Shown in pieces: positions 9,366-18,675 of a DNA stretch of 64,000 bases; within the stretch, counting starts at the first letter, position 1, and each line of letters begins with the position of its first letter. The position numbers were made by a program, and so were the translations under genes. The stretch covers positions 1 through 64,000 of the forward strand of contig JBNJDT010000003.1 of assembly GCA_051745145.1 (NCBI GenBank). The letters are read 5' to 3'. The notes under the pieces are model-generated. The model saw only the letters and a program-made list of their open reading frames with translations. It made no database searches and had not been told where the DNA came from. Source of the stretch: Elusimicrobiota bacterium (GTDB lineage: Bacteria > CG03 > SLGR01 > JAGXOG01).

Positions 9366-9706
9366 ACTACAATTATCCCCACCTTGGCAAAATGCGTCAC
9401 CGTTCCCTCGACAAGATGTCCGGATACCGCCCGGCCGCCTTCTTCTCCGCCGGCCATATGAATATGAACTTTACCCTTTTCTATCATTCCGTTTCCGGTG
9501 AGCTCTACTTTTTTTTCAAATTTCTTTTCAAAATTCTCCGGAGGAATTTCCTCTGAATCCTGCTTTATCGTAACTATAGAAAACTTTTTTAAGGCCCCCA
9601 CCATAGTAACTATAAACCCCCTTTTTATTCCCCGGTTTTTAAGTTCTTTTTCCAAAGTTTCAATAAGTTTTTCACCTTCATTTACTTTTATTATAACCTG
9701 TTTCAT
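9362..9706 (-). CDS. PPC/DUF296 domain protein
   Basis: GALK, ELTGNG, HIH, SGHL motifs; 114 aa. Confidence 0.8.
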   Translation of the reverse strand: MKQVIIKVNEGEKLIETLEKELKNRGIKRGFIVTMVGALKKFSIVTIKQDSEEIPPENFEKKFEKKVELTGNGMIEKGKVHIHMAGGEEGGRAVSGHLVEGTVTHFAKVGIIVV

Positions 9707-9709
9707 ATT

Positions 9710-10573
9710 TTACACCTCGTTATTCTTAAGTTTTTTAAAATCCTGAGTCAATATCCTTTTTAAAAGCACACCCGTCATTTCTCTCCGGTATCTGGCCGAA
9801 GATCTAAAATCATCAATCGGGCAAGCTTCGGTTTCAATTATGTCCCGGGCCTCCGCCAAAGTATTTTTATTAATTCTTCTACCTTTTAAATAATCCGATG
9901 TTTTATCAGCTAATATACAGGTGGCCCCCACAGCCCCTAAAGCAATACTGATATCTTTTACTTCCTTATCTTCCATTTCCCAGCGAGCGGCCACAGATAC
10001 TTTGGAAATGGCTAAAGCTTTACGGGGACCCAGTTTACGAAAACCTGAATAAGAATTTTTCTTAAGAGGTATCTTAACGGCTTTTATAATTTCTCCGGGT
10101 TCTAAGATATTATCACCCGGCCCCAGAAAAAATTCAGAGACGGGAATCTCTTTTACCCTGCTGTGAGAGGGCACCAATAATTCGGACTCAAAAACATGAA
10201 CCGGGGGTATAATATCACCGGCGGGATTAGAATTCGCTAAATTCCCCCCTATAGTTGCTAAATTTCTTATTAACGGAGAACCCATTTCTTCGGCCGCAAA
10301 AGCTATAGCCGGACAATTTTTACGGATAATTTGAGATTCCGTAAGTTCAGACATTGTAGTCAATGCTCCGATTACAAGGTGATCATCCCTCAATTCAATT
10401 CCCTTTAGTTCATCTTCTAAAGCTGTTAGATCAACCCAGGGTCTGTCCGGTTTTAATTCATCCTCTTTTTTCATTACCATAAGATCAGTTCCCCCGGCCA
10501 GATAGTAGGCTTCTCTTGTTCCCACCTCTTCTCTTATATCTTTAAAATTTTTTGGTCTTATATAGTCTCTCAT
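9710..10573 (-). CDS. Xanthine dehydrogenase family FAD-binding subunit
   Basis: AGGTDL, IRNLATIGGN, PIDDFRSS..YR. Confidence 0.92.
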   Translation of the reverse strand: MRDYIRPKNFKDIREEVGTREAYYLAGGTDLMVMKKEDELKPDRPWVDLTALEDELKGIELRDDHLVIGALTTMSELTESQIIRKNCPAIAFAAEEMGSPLIRNLATIGGNLANSNPAGDIIPPVHVFESELLVPSHSRVKEIPVSEFFLGPGDNILEPGEIIKAVKIPLKKNSYSGFRKLGPRKALAISKVSVAARWEMEDKEVKDISIALGAVGATCILADKTSDYLKGRRINKNTLAEARDIIETEACPIDDFRSSARYRREMTGVLLKRILTQDFKKLKNNEV

Positions 10574-10574
10574 A

Positions 10575-11054
10575 CTAACTTTTCATTCCCATATATTCGG
10601 CAGCCATTTCTATACCGTCAATAATTTTTGTATAACCGGTACACCGGCATATATTCCCCGAAACCGCCTTTCTTATCTCCTCTCTGGTAGGAACTCCGGA
10701 AAGACTCCGGTTTTTAAAAAACGAATAAGCGGCAATTATAAAACCGGGCGTACAGAATCCGCACTGAACGGCCCCTGATTCTTTAAAAGCTTTCTGAAGG
10801 GGTTGAACTTTCCCCTCTTCTTCCAGTCCTTCAAGGGTAGTAACTTCCCGGCCGGCGACCTGTCCTGCGGCCACCATACAGGAAGTAACTGCCCGGCCGT
10901 CAAAAAGTACCGTACAGGTCCCGCACTCACCCCGGCCACAGCCTTCTTTAACACTCTTTACATCAAAATCTTCCTTTAATACCCTGAGCAGGGGCTTTGT
11001 GGGATCTAAGTTTTTTTGGACTTTCCGTCCGTTTAGTATAAAAGATATTTTCAT
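10575..11054 (-). CDS. Xanthine dehydrogenase family [2Fe-2S] subunit
   Basis: CGRGECGTC, SC, QCGFCTPG, GNICRCTGY. Confidence 0.93.
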   Translation of the reverse strand: MKISFILNGRKVQKNLDPTKPLLRVLKEDFDVKSVKEGCGRGECGTCTVLFDGRAVTSCMVAAGQVAGREVTTLEGLEEEGKVQPLQKAFKESGAVQCGFCTPGFIIAAYSFFKNRSLSGVPTREEIRKAVSGNICRCTGYTKIIDGIEMAAEYMGMKS

Positions 11055-13348
11055 AAGCTTTTCTTCTTTTTTCTCAATTTCCTCAGTATATCTTCCGGTA
11101 AACAGGGAGTTTTTCTCACTCTCACACCTACGGCATCATATATGGCATTTACCACCGCCGCGGCTGGTCCTACCATGGGTGGTTCCCCTAAACCTTTGGC
11201 CCCGAAAGGCCCTTCCTCATAAGCGGATTCCACTATTATAGGTTCAACGTCACATACATCCATAGTTGTGGGAATAGTATAACCCGTAAAAGACGGATTC
11301 TGTATTATCCCTTCTTCCAGTACTAGTTTTTCTTGCAGGGCATATCCTATCGCCTGCACTGTCCCCCCCTGGATCTGGCCTTCCGCCGAAGGGGGATGTA
11401 TGGCTTTGCCTATATCATGGGCCGCTACAAATTTAGTAACATCCACCTCGCCGGTTTCGGTATCCACTTCAACCTCACAGATATTGGTGGAAAAAGTATA
11501 TACCGGGTAGGCGTCTCCCTGACCGTCATCCTGATTAAAATTAACCCCTTTTATCTTAAACCAGCCCTGAGCGGCTACTCGCTCTCTTCTGGCGTAAGCT
11601 TCCTGAACTACATCGATATAATCAACACTGTTTGAATCGGTTCCATACCTGTGATTTTCCCGATCTATTTTTACCTGATAAGGCTTTATATCCAGCATAT
11701 CGGCCGCTACTTCTTTTAAAGTCTTTTTAACTTTTTTAGCGGCATCCATTACTGCTCTCCCCCCCACCATAGTTGCCCGGGAAGCCACTGTCGGACCGGA
11801 ATCAGGTACCCTGGTGGTATCGGGCTCCATTACTTCTACCATATCATAAGAACATCCCAGAGTATCGGCGCAGATGCGGTTAAAAACCGTCTCCGCTCCC
11901 TGTCCCATTTCTACATTTCCCACAGCCACAAACACAGAACCGTCTTCTTTAATATACACCTGGGCCCCGGCCTTGGCAAAATATTTACCTTCAGCTCCAA
12001 GGCCCACCCCGTAAAAAGTTGTTGACACCCCCATTCCCCTTTTCTTTACTCCTCTGTCAGAAGCATTGTGCCTTTTAAACCTTATCTTATCTACGGATTT
12101 ATCCAGGGTCTCGAGCATCCCGCAGGACCCTCCCACCTTTTGCCCGGTAGCAGTTATCGAACCGGATTTCATAAGATTTCTTTTTCTCAAATCCACCGGA
12201 TCCATATCCAGTTTTTCGGCAAGTTCATCTATGAGGGATTCATTGGCAAAATTAGCCTGGGGCTGGCCAAAACCGCGAAGAGCCCCGCAGGGTACGGTAT
12301 TAGTAGCCATCCCGTAAGAATCAGCCCTGACATTGGGAATCTCGTAAGGGCCGGTTATATGAATTATTCCCCGCCAGGCCACAATAGGGGTAAGAGTGCA
12401 AAAAGCGCCCCCGTTTACTATAAATTCCGCTTCGCAGGCTACTATATCCCCATCTTGAGTAGCCCCGTATTTAATCCTGGTCCGGGCCGGATGTCTTTTG
12501 GACATACTTATAAAATCTTCTTCTCTGTCATAGATTATTCGAACGGGCTGGCCGGTTTTCAAAGCCAGTAAGCCCGCGTGAGTAGCCACTATTGAAGGTA
12601 CATCTTCTTTACCGCCAAACCCTCCACCGGTAGTTGACTGAACTACCCGTACTTTTGAATAAGGCATGCCGGTAACTTTCACCAGGGCGTTGTGTACATA
12701 AAACGGGCACTGCATGGACCCGTAGGCCGCTACTCCTCCGTTGGGAGTGGGAGATACTACCATTCCCTGATTTTCAAGATAACAGTGAACCTGATGCCTG
12801 TTTTTATATACTTTTTCAACAGTAACATCGGAATTTGCAAAGCCTCTGTCAATATCCCCTTTTCTTATTCTGAACTGGGAATGTATATTGTCATCTCCCC
12901 CCACGTAAAGGGCATCGGGTTTCATAGCTTCCATAGGTCCGTATACACCCGGTAATTCATCGTATTTCAGTTCTGCGGCATTAGCGGCTTTTTTAGCCTG
13001 CTCGGGGGTTTCGGCAGCTACTAAAGCGACCGCCTGGCCGTAGAATTTCATTTTATTTGAGGCAAGACAGGGATAGTCTTCTTTTACAAAAGGTACCACA
13101 TTTTCTCCGGGAATATCTTTATAGGTAAGCACCGCCCGGACTCCGGGCATATTTTTTACCCGCTCTAAATTTTTAATTCCTCTTAGGCGGCCGTGAGCTA
13201 CCGGACTTCTTACCGTAGCCCCGTGAAGTAAATTCTTAAATTCAACATCTTCAATAAACTCCGCTTTAGCCGATACTTTACGGTCAGCATCGACCCGGAT
13301 ATTTTTCTTTTTTTCTGTATCTTTTTTTTGTTCGGCCTTTAAAACCAT
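11051..13348 (-). CDS. Xanthine dehydrogenase family molybdopterin-binding subunit
   Basis: GGGFGGK, LRGFG, EMGQG, ASR, GQIQGG..Q, AKGLGE (catalytic Glu). Confidence 0.93.
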   Translation of the reverse strand: MVLKAEQKKDTEKKKNIRVDADRKVSAKAEFIEDVEFKNLLHGATVRSPVAHGRLRGIKNLERVKNMPGVRAVLTYKDIPGENVVPFVKEDYPCLASNKMKFYGQAVALVAAETPEQAKKAANAAELKYDELPGVYGPMEAMKPDALYVGGDDNIHSQFRIRKGDIDRGFANSDVTVEKVYKNRHQVHCYLENQGMVVSPTPNGGVAAYGSMQCPFYVHNALVKVTGMPYSKVRVVQSTTGGGFGGKEDVPSIVATHAGLLALKTGQPVRIIYDREEDFISMSKRHPARTRIKYGATQDGDIVACEAEFIVNGGAFCTLTPIVAWRGIIHITGPYEIPNVRADSYGMATNTVPCGALRGFGQPQANFANESLIDELAEKLDMDPVDLRKRNLMKSGSITATGQKVGGSCGMLETLDKSVDKIRFKRHNASDRGVKKRGMGVSTTFYGVGLGAEGKYFAKAGAQVYIKEDGSVFVAVGNVEMGQGAETVFNRICADTLGCSYDMVEVMEPDTTRVPDSGPTVASRATMVGGRAVMDAAKKVKKTLKEVAADMLDIKPYQVKIDRENHRYGTDSNSVDYIDVVQEAYARRERVAAQGWFKIKGVNFNQDDGQGDAYPVYTFSTNICEVEVDTETGEVDVTKFVAAHDIGKAIHPPSAEGQIQGGTVQAIGYALQEKLVLEEGIIQNPSFTGYTIPTTMDVCDVEPIIVESAYEEGPFGAKGLGEPPMVGPAAAVVNAIYDAVGVRVRKTPCLPEDILRKLRKKKKSL

Positions 13349-13384
13349 GGTTAAATATTATATCAATTATTCTTTTTAAATCAA
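13349..13384 (-). promoter_or_regulatory. Sigma70-type promoter of the XDH-pgi operon, apparently near-leaderless
   Basis: TTGATT-N16-TATAAT with extended -10 TG; ATG only 8 nt downstream; no SD. Confidence 0.55.
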
Positions 13385-13429
13385 TTCTATCCTCTTAAAA
13401 AAACTGAGTGTGATTTTACATACCTCCTA

Positions 13430-13618
13430 TTATTTTACTCCAAAGATGGCTTCTGCTTTTATTAAACCGGCCGCTTTTTGAGTACCGGCTGTTTTTATAA
13501 ATAACTTTTTCTTTTCGGGCCCCTCAATATTCAAAATAGGTTCCTCCGCTTCTTTGATAATCCAGTCCAAGCCGGTTTTTACAGTATCCCCTTTTTTTCT
13601 AAATGTTATATTTTTCAA
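13430..13618 (-). CDS. Small hypothetical protein or gene remnant
   Basis: 62-aa ORF (TTG start) filling the gap between the radical SAM gene and the XDH promoter; no recognised motif. Confidence 0.25.
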   Translation of the reverse strand: MKNITFRKKGDTVKTGLDWIIKEAEEPILNIEGPEKKKLFIKTAGTQKAAGLIKAEAIFGVK

Positions 13619-15098
13619 ATACTTTTCTAAAATGAAAACCGTAAATTGACAGCGTAACTGCCGTAGGGAAAGTCCGGGGTTTTTTTATAAGAGTCCAGAT
13701 AAGCAGATTCCAGTAATAAATTCTTTCTTTTTCCAAAATCCCAAGTTTAAATATTGATTTTATAAAAGCCATAATATGATGCCATTTAAATTTATTTTTT
13801 ACTCTTGTTTTAGGATTGTAAATTTTAAGAAAATTTTTTACCCGCAAATAATAATTTCTTGGCGAATAAATCGTCGAAACTATTTTTTTATACCCTCTTT
13901 TTAATTTTTCCGTATCCATACGGGGAATAAAATTCATGGAAAAATTAGTATTATCACCTGAATTTTTATCCACTATAAGACGGCCTTCTTCTTTAAGTCT
14001 CCGATAAAGCTGAGTTCCCCGGAGCGCATTTAACAGGCCCACCATTGCCGTGGCTATTCCACTTTCCTGTATAAATTTAATCTGAGCTTCAAAAATTGAC
14101 TGAGGGTCACTGTCGAATCCCACTATAAAACCTCCCTGAACTATCAATCCATGTTTTTGAATTGTTTTCACAGAATTAAGCATATCTCTTCCCTGGTTTT
14201 GGCTTTTTGTACATTCAGCCAGGCTCTCTTCATTCGGTGATTCTATTCCTATAAAGACTGTATCAAAACCGGCCTCCGTCATAAGGTTCATCAACTTTTT
14301 ATCATCCGCCATATCTATAGAAGCCTGGGTATTGAAAGTAAACGGGTAGTTTCTCTCTTTTGACCATTTTATAATAGCCGGCAATAACTTTTCTTTTAAA
14401 AATCTGCGGTGGGCTATGAAATTATCATCCACAAAAAAGATATTTTCCGTCCAGCCTGTTTTATATATAGTTTCAAGTTCATTAATAATCTGCCCCACAC
14501 TTTTTCGCCTGATTTTATGGCCGAAAAGCTGCGTAATATCACAGAATTCACAATTATAAGGACAACCACGTGAAAACTGTATATTCATTGTTGCATAATC
14601 TTTCTTATTAATTAAATCCCAGTCCGGAACCGGACTGCTTCTCATATCACACCATTTATCGGTAGAATAAAATTTACGGGGACTTCCCTTACTTAAATCA
14701 TTTAAAAACCGGGGTAAAGTAATTTCCGCTTCATTTAAAATATAATGATCTATACCGGAAAATTCTTTATAACCGGTTGTAAACATAGGTCCCCCGGCAA
14801 CCAGCCGAACACTCTTTTTTTGACACCGTTTTATAACCTCTTTTGCGGATTCTTTTTGAATAGTCATCCCGCTTAAAAATACCATATCTGCCCAGTCTAA
14901 ATATTTATCGGATAGAGACTTTACATTTAAATCTATGAGTTTTTTGTTCCAATCATGGGGCAGTAAATTTGATATGGTTAACAGGCCCAGCGGGGGATGA
15001 GAAGCTTTTTTACTGATAAACTCCAATGCATATCTTAAACTCCAAAATGAACTGGGGTATCTAGGATATACTAAAAGTATTTTTTTTCTTTTACCCAT
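13599..15098 (-). CDS. B12-binding radical SAM protein with DUF4070-type C-terminus
   Basis: PPLGLLT, GGP, FSRGCPYNCEFCDI, FVDDNF, GFIVGFDSD, TNF.P.M. Confidence 0.88.
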   Translation of the reverse strand: MGKRKKILLVYPRYPSSFWSLRYALEFISKKASHPPLGLLTISNLLPHDWNKKLIDLNVKSLSDKYLDWADMVFLSGMTIQKESAKEVIKRCQKKSVRLVAGGPMFTTGYKEFSGIDHYILNEAEITLPRFLNDLSKGSPRKFYSTDKWCDMRSSPVPDWDLINKKDYATMNIQFSRGCPYNCEFCDITQLFGHKIRRKSVGQIINELETIYKTGWTENIFFVDDNFIAHRRFLKEKLLPAIIKWSKERNYPFTFNTQASIDMADDKKLMNLMTEAGFDTVFIGIESPNEESLAECTKSQNQGRDMLNSVKTIQKHGLIVQGGFIVGFDSDPQSIFEAQIKFIQESGIATAMVGLLNALRGTQLYRRLKEEGRLIVDKNSGDNTNFSMNFIPRMDTEKLKRGYKKIVSTIYSPRNYYLRVKNFLKIYNPKTRVKNKFKWHHIMAFIKSIFKLGILEKERIYYWNLLIWTLIKKPRTFPTAVTLSIYGFHFRKVFEKYNI

Positions 15099-15136
15099 CT
15101 TATTTGTATTTTAGTAATTTAACGGGTTTTATACAA
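15099..15136 (-). promoter_or_regulatory. Sigma70-type promoter, apparently near-leaderless
   Basis: TTGTAT-N17-TAAAAT, with ATG 9 nt downstream and no SD. Confidence 0.45.
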
Positions 15137-15428
15137 GTTATCCACTCACCGGAAAAAAACCTTACAACAGAGGGAGATTAACAGGATATTTTTACACCGG
15201 ATTTAAAGTTAAAAAAACAGTTTTAAAACTATTTTTATTATTTGAGTTCTAATTGAATAATAGAATTATTCTAAATTACTTTAAAAGGTCCCTTCAATAC
15301 TTACTCTCTGAGTACTTACCAAACCAGAACACAAAACCACTGCGTCCCTTTTTTATATCTTCATAAAACCTAATATCTCCAGCCTTATAATTTATAATCC
15401 TGTTGGTTCCCAGTTACTATTGCGTTAT

Positions 15429-15830
15429 TTAAAAAGGCATTGGAAAATATGCCCCGTTAGATATATAATTTAAAATAATATGAATTAACCATAAAAGGCC
15501 TACAACAATTATAAAAGATAAAAACCATTGTAATTTTGAATTAGTTGGTTCTCCATTATCCGACTTAAGCTTTTTTAGTAATTTTTCGGTTTCTTTCTTT
15601 GTTAAATAATATTTTTCCTTTTTCCCCTTTAACCAAGTATTAAGTAATTTCTTTTTATATTCTTTCTGCCTTTCAATCATACTAGTCCATTCTTCTGTAG
15701 GATTTCCATTTTCCAATAAATGTTCAGCCGGGAACTTTTTCTTTGATTTCTCTCGGCACTTTTTAAATTCTTCTTTATATTCAGTTAACAGACTTTCATA
15801 GTTGGGAATTTTTTCTTTTAATTTAACCAC
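15429..15830 (-). CDS. Hypothetical Lys-rich protein with a C-terminal TM anchor
   Basis: 133 aa, GTG start after GAGGT, hydrophobic C-terminal helix; lies in a very AT-rich patch. Confidence 0.55.
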   Translation of the reverse strand: MVKLKEKIPNYESLLTEYKEEFKKCREKSKKKFPAEHLLENGNPTEEWTSMIERQKEYKKKLLNTWLKGKKEKYYLTKKETEKLLKKLKSDNGEPTNSKLQWFLSFIIVVGLLWLIHIILNYISNGAYFPMPF

Positions 15831-15864
15831 TATACGCTACCTCACTTATGCCTACCTTCTTTTC

Positions 15865-15930
15865 TTACCATGCTTTATCTCCAATACCTACAAATCTGTT
15901 ACTGTAAATATTTATATTTTTTATTTGCAT
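15865..15930 (-). CDS. Putative 21-aa small ORF (MQIKNINIYSNRFVGIGDKAW)
   Basis: Strong AAGGAGG RBS with suitable spacing; TATAAT upstream at about 15952-15957. Confidence 0.3.
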   Translation of the reverse strand: MQIKNINIYSNRFVGIGDKAW

Positions 15931-16186
15931 AGGCTTCCTCCTTATGGCAAAATTATACAAAGTTTCACCAAAAAAAGTTACCTATTTACTGAACATAAAC
16001 AACCGCCCCCTTTTTATGAGTTTTTTTTCTAACTGAATTATTATGTAGAAGGAAGGTGGAATAAATTTTACCTTAACTTTTTATCATATAGTTCAACCAA
16101 AATTTTACCGAATAAATAATATGTAATTAATGAGTATTTCAGAAAGTTTAGAATTTATAAATTTGGCGAGTGGTATTTAATAAGTC

Positions 16187-16212
16187 CTGCTGCCCGGGGG
16201 GGCGGGCAGCAG
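16187..16212 (-). terminator. GC-rich hairpin downstream of fba
   Basis: Perfect 10-bp inverted repeat CTGCTGCCCG-N6-CGGGCAGCAG about 30 nt after the fba stop; U-tract is weak. Confidence 0.6.
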
Positions 16213-16243
16213 AACAATATCTTTTACTAACCTGTAAAACTTC

Positions 16244-17311
16244 TTACAGGTTATTTACTACTTTACTGGCTGTACCGTCAGAACGGAAGGCTTTTATGAA
16301 ATCTTTGGCTGATTCATACGCTGCATCGGCTATAGCCTTTTTATTTTCTTCGGGAATATTATCCAGCTTATCGTAAAACTGCTTGGTGGCGTGTTTTACC
16401 GGACTACCTGTTTCATCGGACCAGCCCGTCATTTCTTTGACCAGTTCTTCAGGTAAATGTTCGTGAGCAATATTCTGCCAGTTGGTACCCACATTTCCTT
16501 TTCTGATTCCGTGATCGGCGAACTGTCCCACTAAATTCAAAGGAGTGCCCGTAATACCGTGCTGGGCAATTACCACGCCCTTGTCTTTTATGGCGTTGTA
16601 AATCTCCTGAGTTCTTTCAAGATCTATATGGACTTCTTCATCGGCGTCGTAATTACCGTGCTTGGAACCATTGTTTATAGCCAGCATATCTGGGTAAACA
16701 CCGTTGTCATTAAGTTTTTCTATATATTCCACTGCATCTTCTACAGTAGTGATATCCTCGTCCCCTTTAATTTCGCCGACTTCCGCTTCCAGACCGAAAC
16801 CCTGCTCGATTATGGGCTGGGCCAGGTCGGTGGTAATTCTGACATTTGTATCCATTTCGTTGTAAGAGGCATCTATGGCAAATGAAGTATAACCTTCGGC
16901 AAGCTCACTTTTTATAAGCTCCCGGGAAGTTTCTATTTCTTCCTCGGTATCCGCTTTTACGGTGATGTGGTCCCCGTGTATATAAAAAGGTACCGTGTAG
17001 CCAACTTCTTCGGCATATTTTACAATGGCTTCCACATACATCTTAGGGTTCATCCCGGTATAACCGACCGGCAATCCACCCTCTGATTTGGCCAGTTCAA
17101 AACCTACAACAGCATTTAATTCTTCGGCGGCTCTCATAATGCCGGGTATAACGTGTTTTATACGGGTATTGCAGGCCATCAGTATTACATTGTCATCCTT
17201 TAAAACGCTTAAAATATCTTTAGAATTCAGACAGCAAACTCTACTGTCCTCATCCAGTTTTTTAACAAAATTCTGTGGTCTTTTAGCTAATACTTCTTCT
17301 GGTACTTCCAT
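16244..17311 (-). CDS. fba: Class II fructose-bisphosphate aldolase
   Basis: HGDH, AIDAS, EAEVGEI, GSKHG, AQHG.TG, KGNVGT; AAGGAG RBS. Confidence 0.88.
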   Translation of the reverse strand: MEVPEEVLAKRPQNFVKKLDEDSRVCCLNSKDILSVLKDDNVILMACNTRIKHVIPGIMRAAEELNAVVGFELAKSEGGLPVGYTGMNPKMYVEAIVKYAEEVGYTVPFYIHGDHITVKADTEEEIETSRELIKSELAEGYTSFAIDASYNEMDTNVRITTDLAQPIIEQGFGLEAEVGEIKGDEDITTVEDAVEYIEKLNDNGVYPDMLAINNGSKHGNYDADEEVHIDLERTQEIYNAIKDKGVVIAQHGITGTPLNLVGQFADHGIRKGNVGTNWQNIAHEHLPEELVKEMTGWSDETGSPVKHATKQFYDKLDNIPEENKKAIADAAYESAKDFIKAFRSDGTASKVVNNL

Positions 17312-17364
17312 AATACAATTACTCCTTTTTTATTTTAATATTCCTAACCATTTCTTAAGCTTTA

Positions 17365-17393
17365 AATTTATCAAATATTACTATTTAAGTCAA
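17365..17393 (-). promoter_or_regulatory. Sigma70-type promoter of fba
   Basis: TTGACT-N17-TAAATT with extended TG; the -35 overlaps the stop codon of the upstream gene. Confidence 0.5.
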
Positions 17394-17728
17394 CAAGTCA
17401 GATGTATTCCAAGAGCTGTTTCCTTTTTACCGGTCAGCTCGTTGAACTTCTTAACTGCCCGGCGACTTTTCGCTGCGAAAAATTCGATTCCCAAATCTTT
17501 GCATTTTTCCTTTACTTCCGGGGCAGTGCTCATTACTCCGGAAGCACCTTTACCAACTATTAGTATGTCGGGTTTTTTAGACCAGACCTCTTTTAGATCC
17601 GTATTTTGAAGTAGATGCCCCCGGTCTCTCCACCATTTTTTAATTTTACCCCCGGCTATTAATACATCGCTGGTGTAAGTTTTGCCGTCAATAACTATTT
17701 TACCGAAACTGTAGTCATCTACGTGCAT
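17390..17728 (-). CDS. Mth938-like (DUF498) domain protein
   Basis: YSFGKIVIDG..Y..D, WWR..GH, VG.GA.G, A...FN, HLTC C-terminus. Confidence 0.88.
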   Translation of the reverse strand: MHVDDYSFGKIVIDGKTYTSDVLIAGGKIKKWWRDRGHLLQNTDLKEVWSKKPDILIVGKGASGVMSTAPEVKEKCKDLGIEFFAAKSRRAVKKFNELTGKKETALGIHLTC

Positions 17729-17748
17729 ACTGCCTCCGTAGCTATTAA

Positions 17749-18675
17749 CTATTTCATTCTATTTCCCATCTGTTCTTTGCGTTTTTTATTATATTTTTTT
17801 AACAATTCCTTGCTGGATTCGTCAAGTTCAGGGGATATCTCTTCCAGTGATAATAACTTATTCGTATATTGATCTACTTTATGTTTTTCAGTTATATTTA
17901 AAATAACTTTTCCCAAAAACTTTCCCTTGTTTCCGGATCCCAGTATTAACGTGTTATTAACTTTTTCTTCTATCTTATCTTTTAAATAACCGTTAATAAT
18001 TAAATTAATGCCCTCTATATTACCGGCCAGCTCTTTATCCTCTTGTAAACTTTGCTGGGATAAAACAACAATTAAGTCAGCTTTCTCTTTTAATTCCGGT
18101 ACTAACTCTTTTAAAAATTTTTCCGGCGGATCTGTGTAGTTAACAAATTCCTTAAAATTATTATAAATATTTTTACCGCAAATTCCGGTTATAGCTATTT
18201 TTACCCCTTCTAAATCTTCAATTACATACCGGGAAGTTACATCCATATCTTCTTTACTTAACTGTAAATTTCCTTCCACTACCGGGATCTCATTTTCACT
18301 GATTTGCTTTCTAAAAAAATTGGTTCCGAATTTTAATTCATTCTCTCCGGGAAATAATGCATCGTATTTGATTTCTTTTAAAAATTTTACTACATATTTA
18401 TTCCTTAAATTATCGGGAAACGGAGCAAAAAAATTTCCCGACTCTAAAACCAGAGTTGTATCTTTTCGGCGATCATCTATCAGCTTTTTTATCTCGGCCA
18501 GACTGCCGTTAAGATGCTCATCGGGACAGTCGCAGGGGGCCAGAAAACCGGATACATTACCGGTATACAATACTTCTACTTTTTTGGGGAAATTTTCTTC
18601 ACTCTCCGTTGAACACCCCGGAAAAATAAGAGCAAAAGCAGAAATAACCGTTAAGATTTTTTTAAGCAAAGACAT
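17749..18675 (-). CDS. UshA/5'-nucleotidase-fold lipoprotein with CxC motif and degenerate metal site
   Basis: Lipobox (LIFPGC), metallophosphoesterase-like order of elements, PCDC insert. Start taken at MSLLKK. Confidence 0.7.
   Translation of the reverse strand: MSLLKKILTVISAFALIFPGCSTESEENFPKKVEVLYTGNVSGFLAPCDCPDEHLNGSLAEIKKLIDDRRKDTTLVLESGNFFAPFPDNLRNKYVVKFLKEIKYDALFPGENELKFGTNFFRKQISENEIPVVEGNLQLSKEDMDVTSRYVIEDLEGVKIAITGICGKNIYNNFKEFVNYTDPPEKFLKELVPELKEKADLIVVLSQQSLQEDKELAGNIEGINLIINGYLKDKIEEKVNNTLILGSGNKGKFLGKVILNITEKHKVDQYTNKLLSLEEISPELDESSKELLKKYNKKRKEQMGNRMK

Noticed and set aside
13418..13429. AGGAGG-T-ATG-TAA start-stop element upstream of the XDH promoter
   Set aside because: SD-to-ATG spacing of 1 nt is too short for initiation; more likely a remnant.
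16024..16051. dif-like site (TTATGTAGAAG arm)
   Set aside because: The XerC arm matches poorly and the similarity is expected by chance in AT-rich DNA.
15128..16180. Possible oriC (AT-rich region with TTATCCACT at 15138-15146)
   Set aside because: Only one or two imperfect DnaA boxes, no dnaA/dnaN/gidA nearby and no switch in gene orientation.
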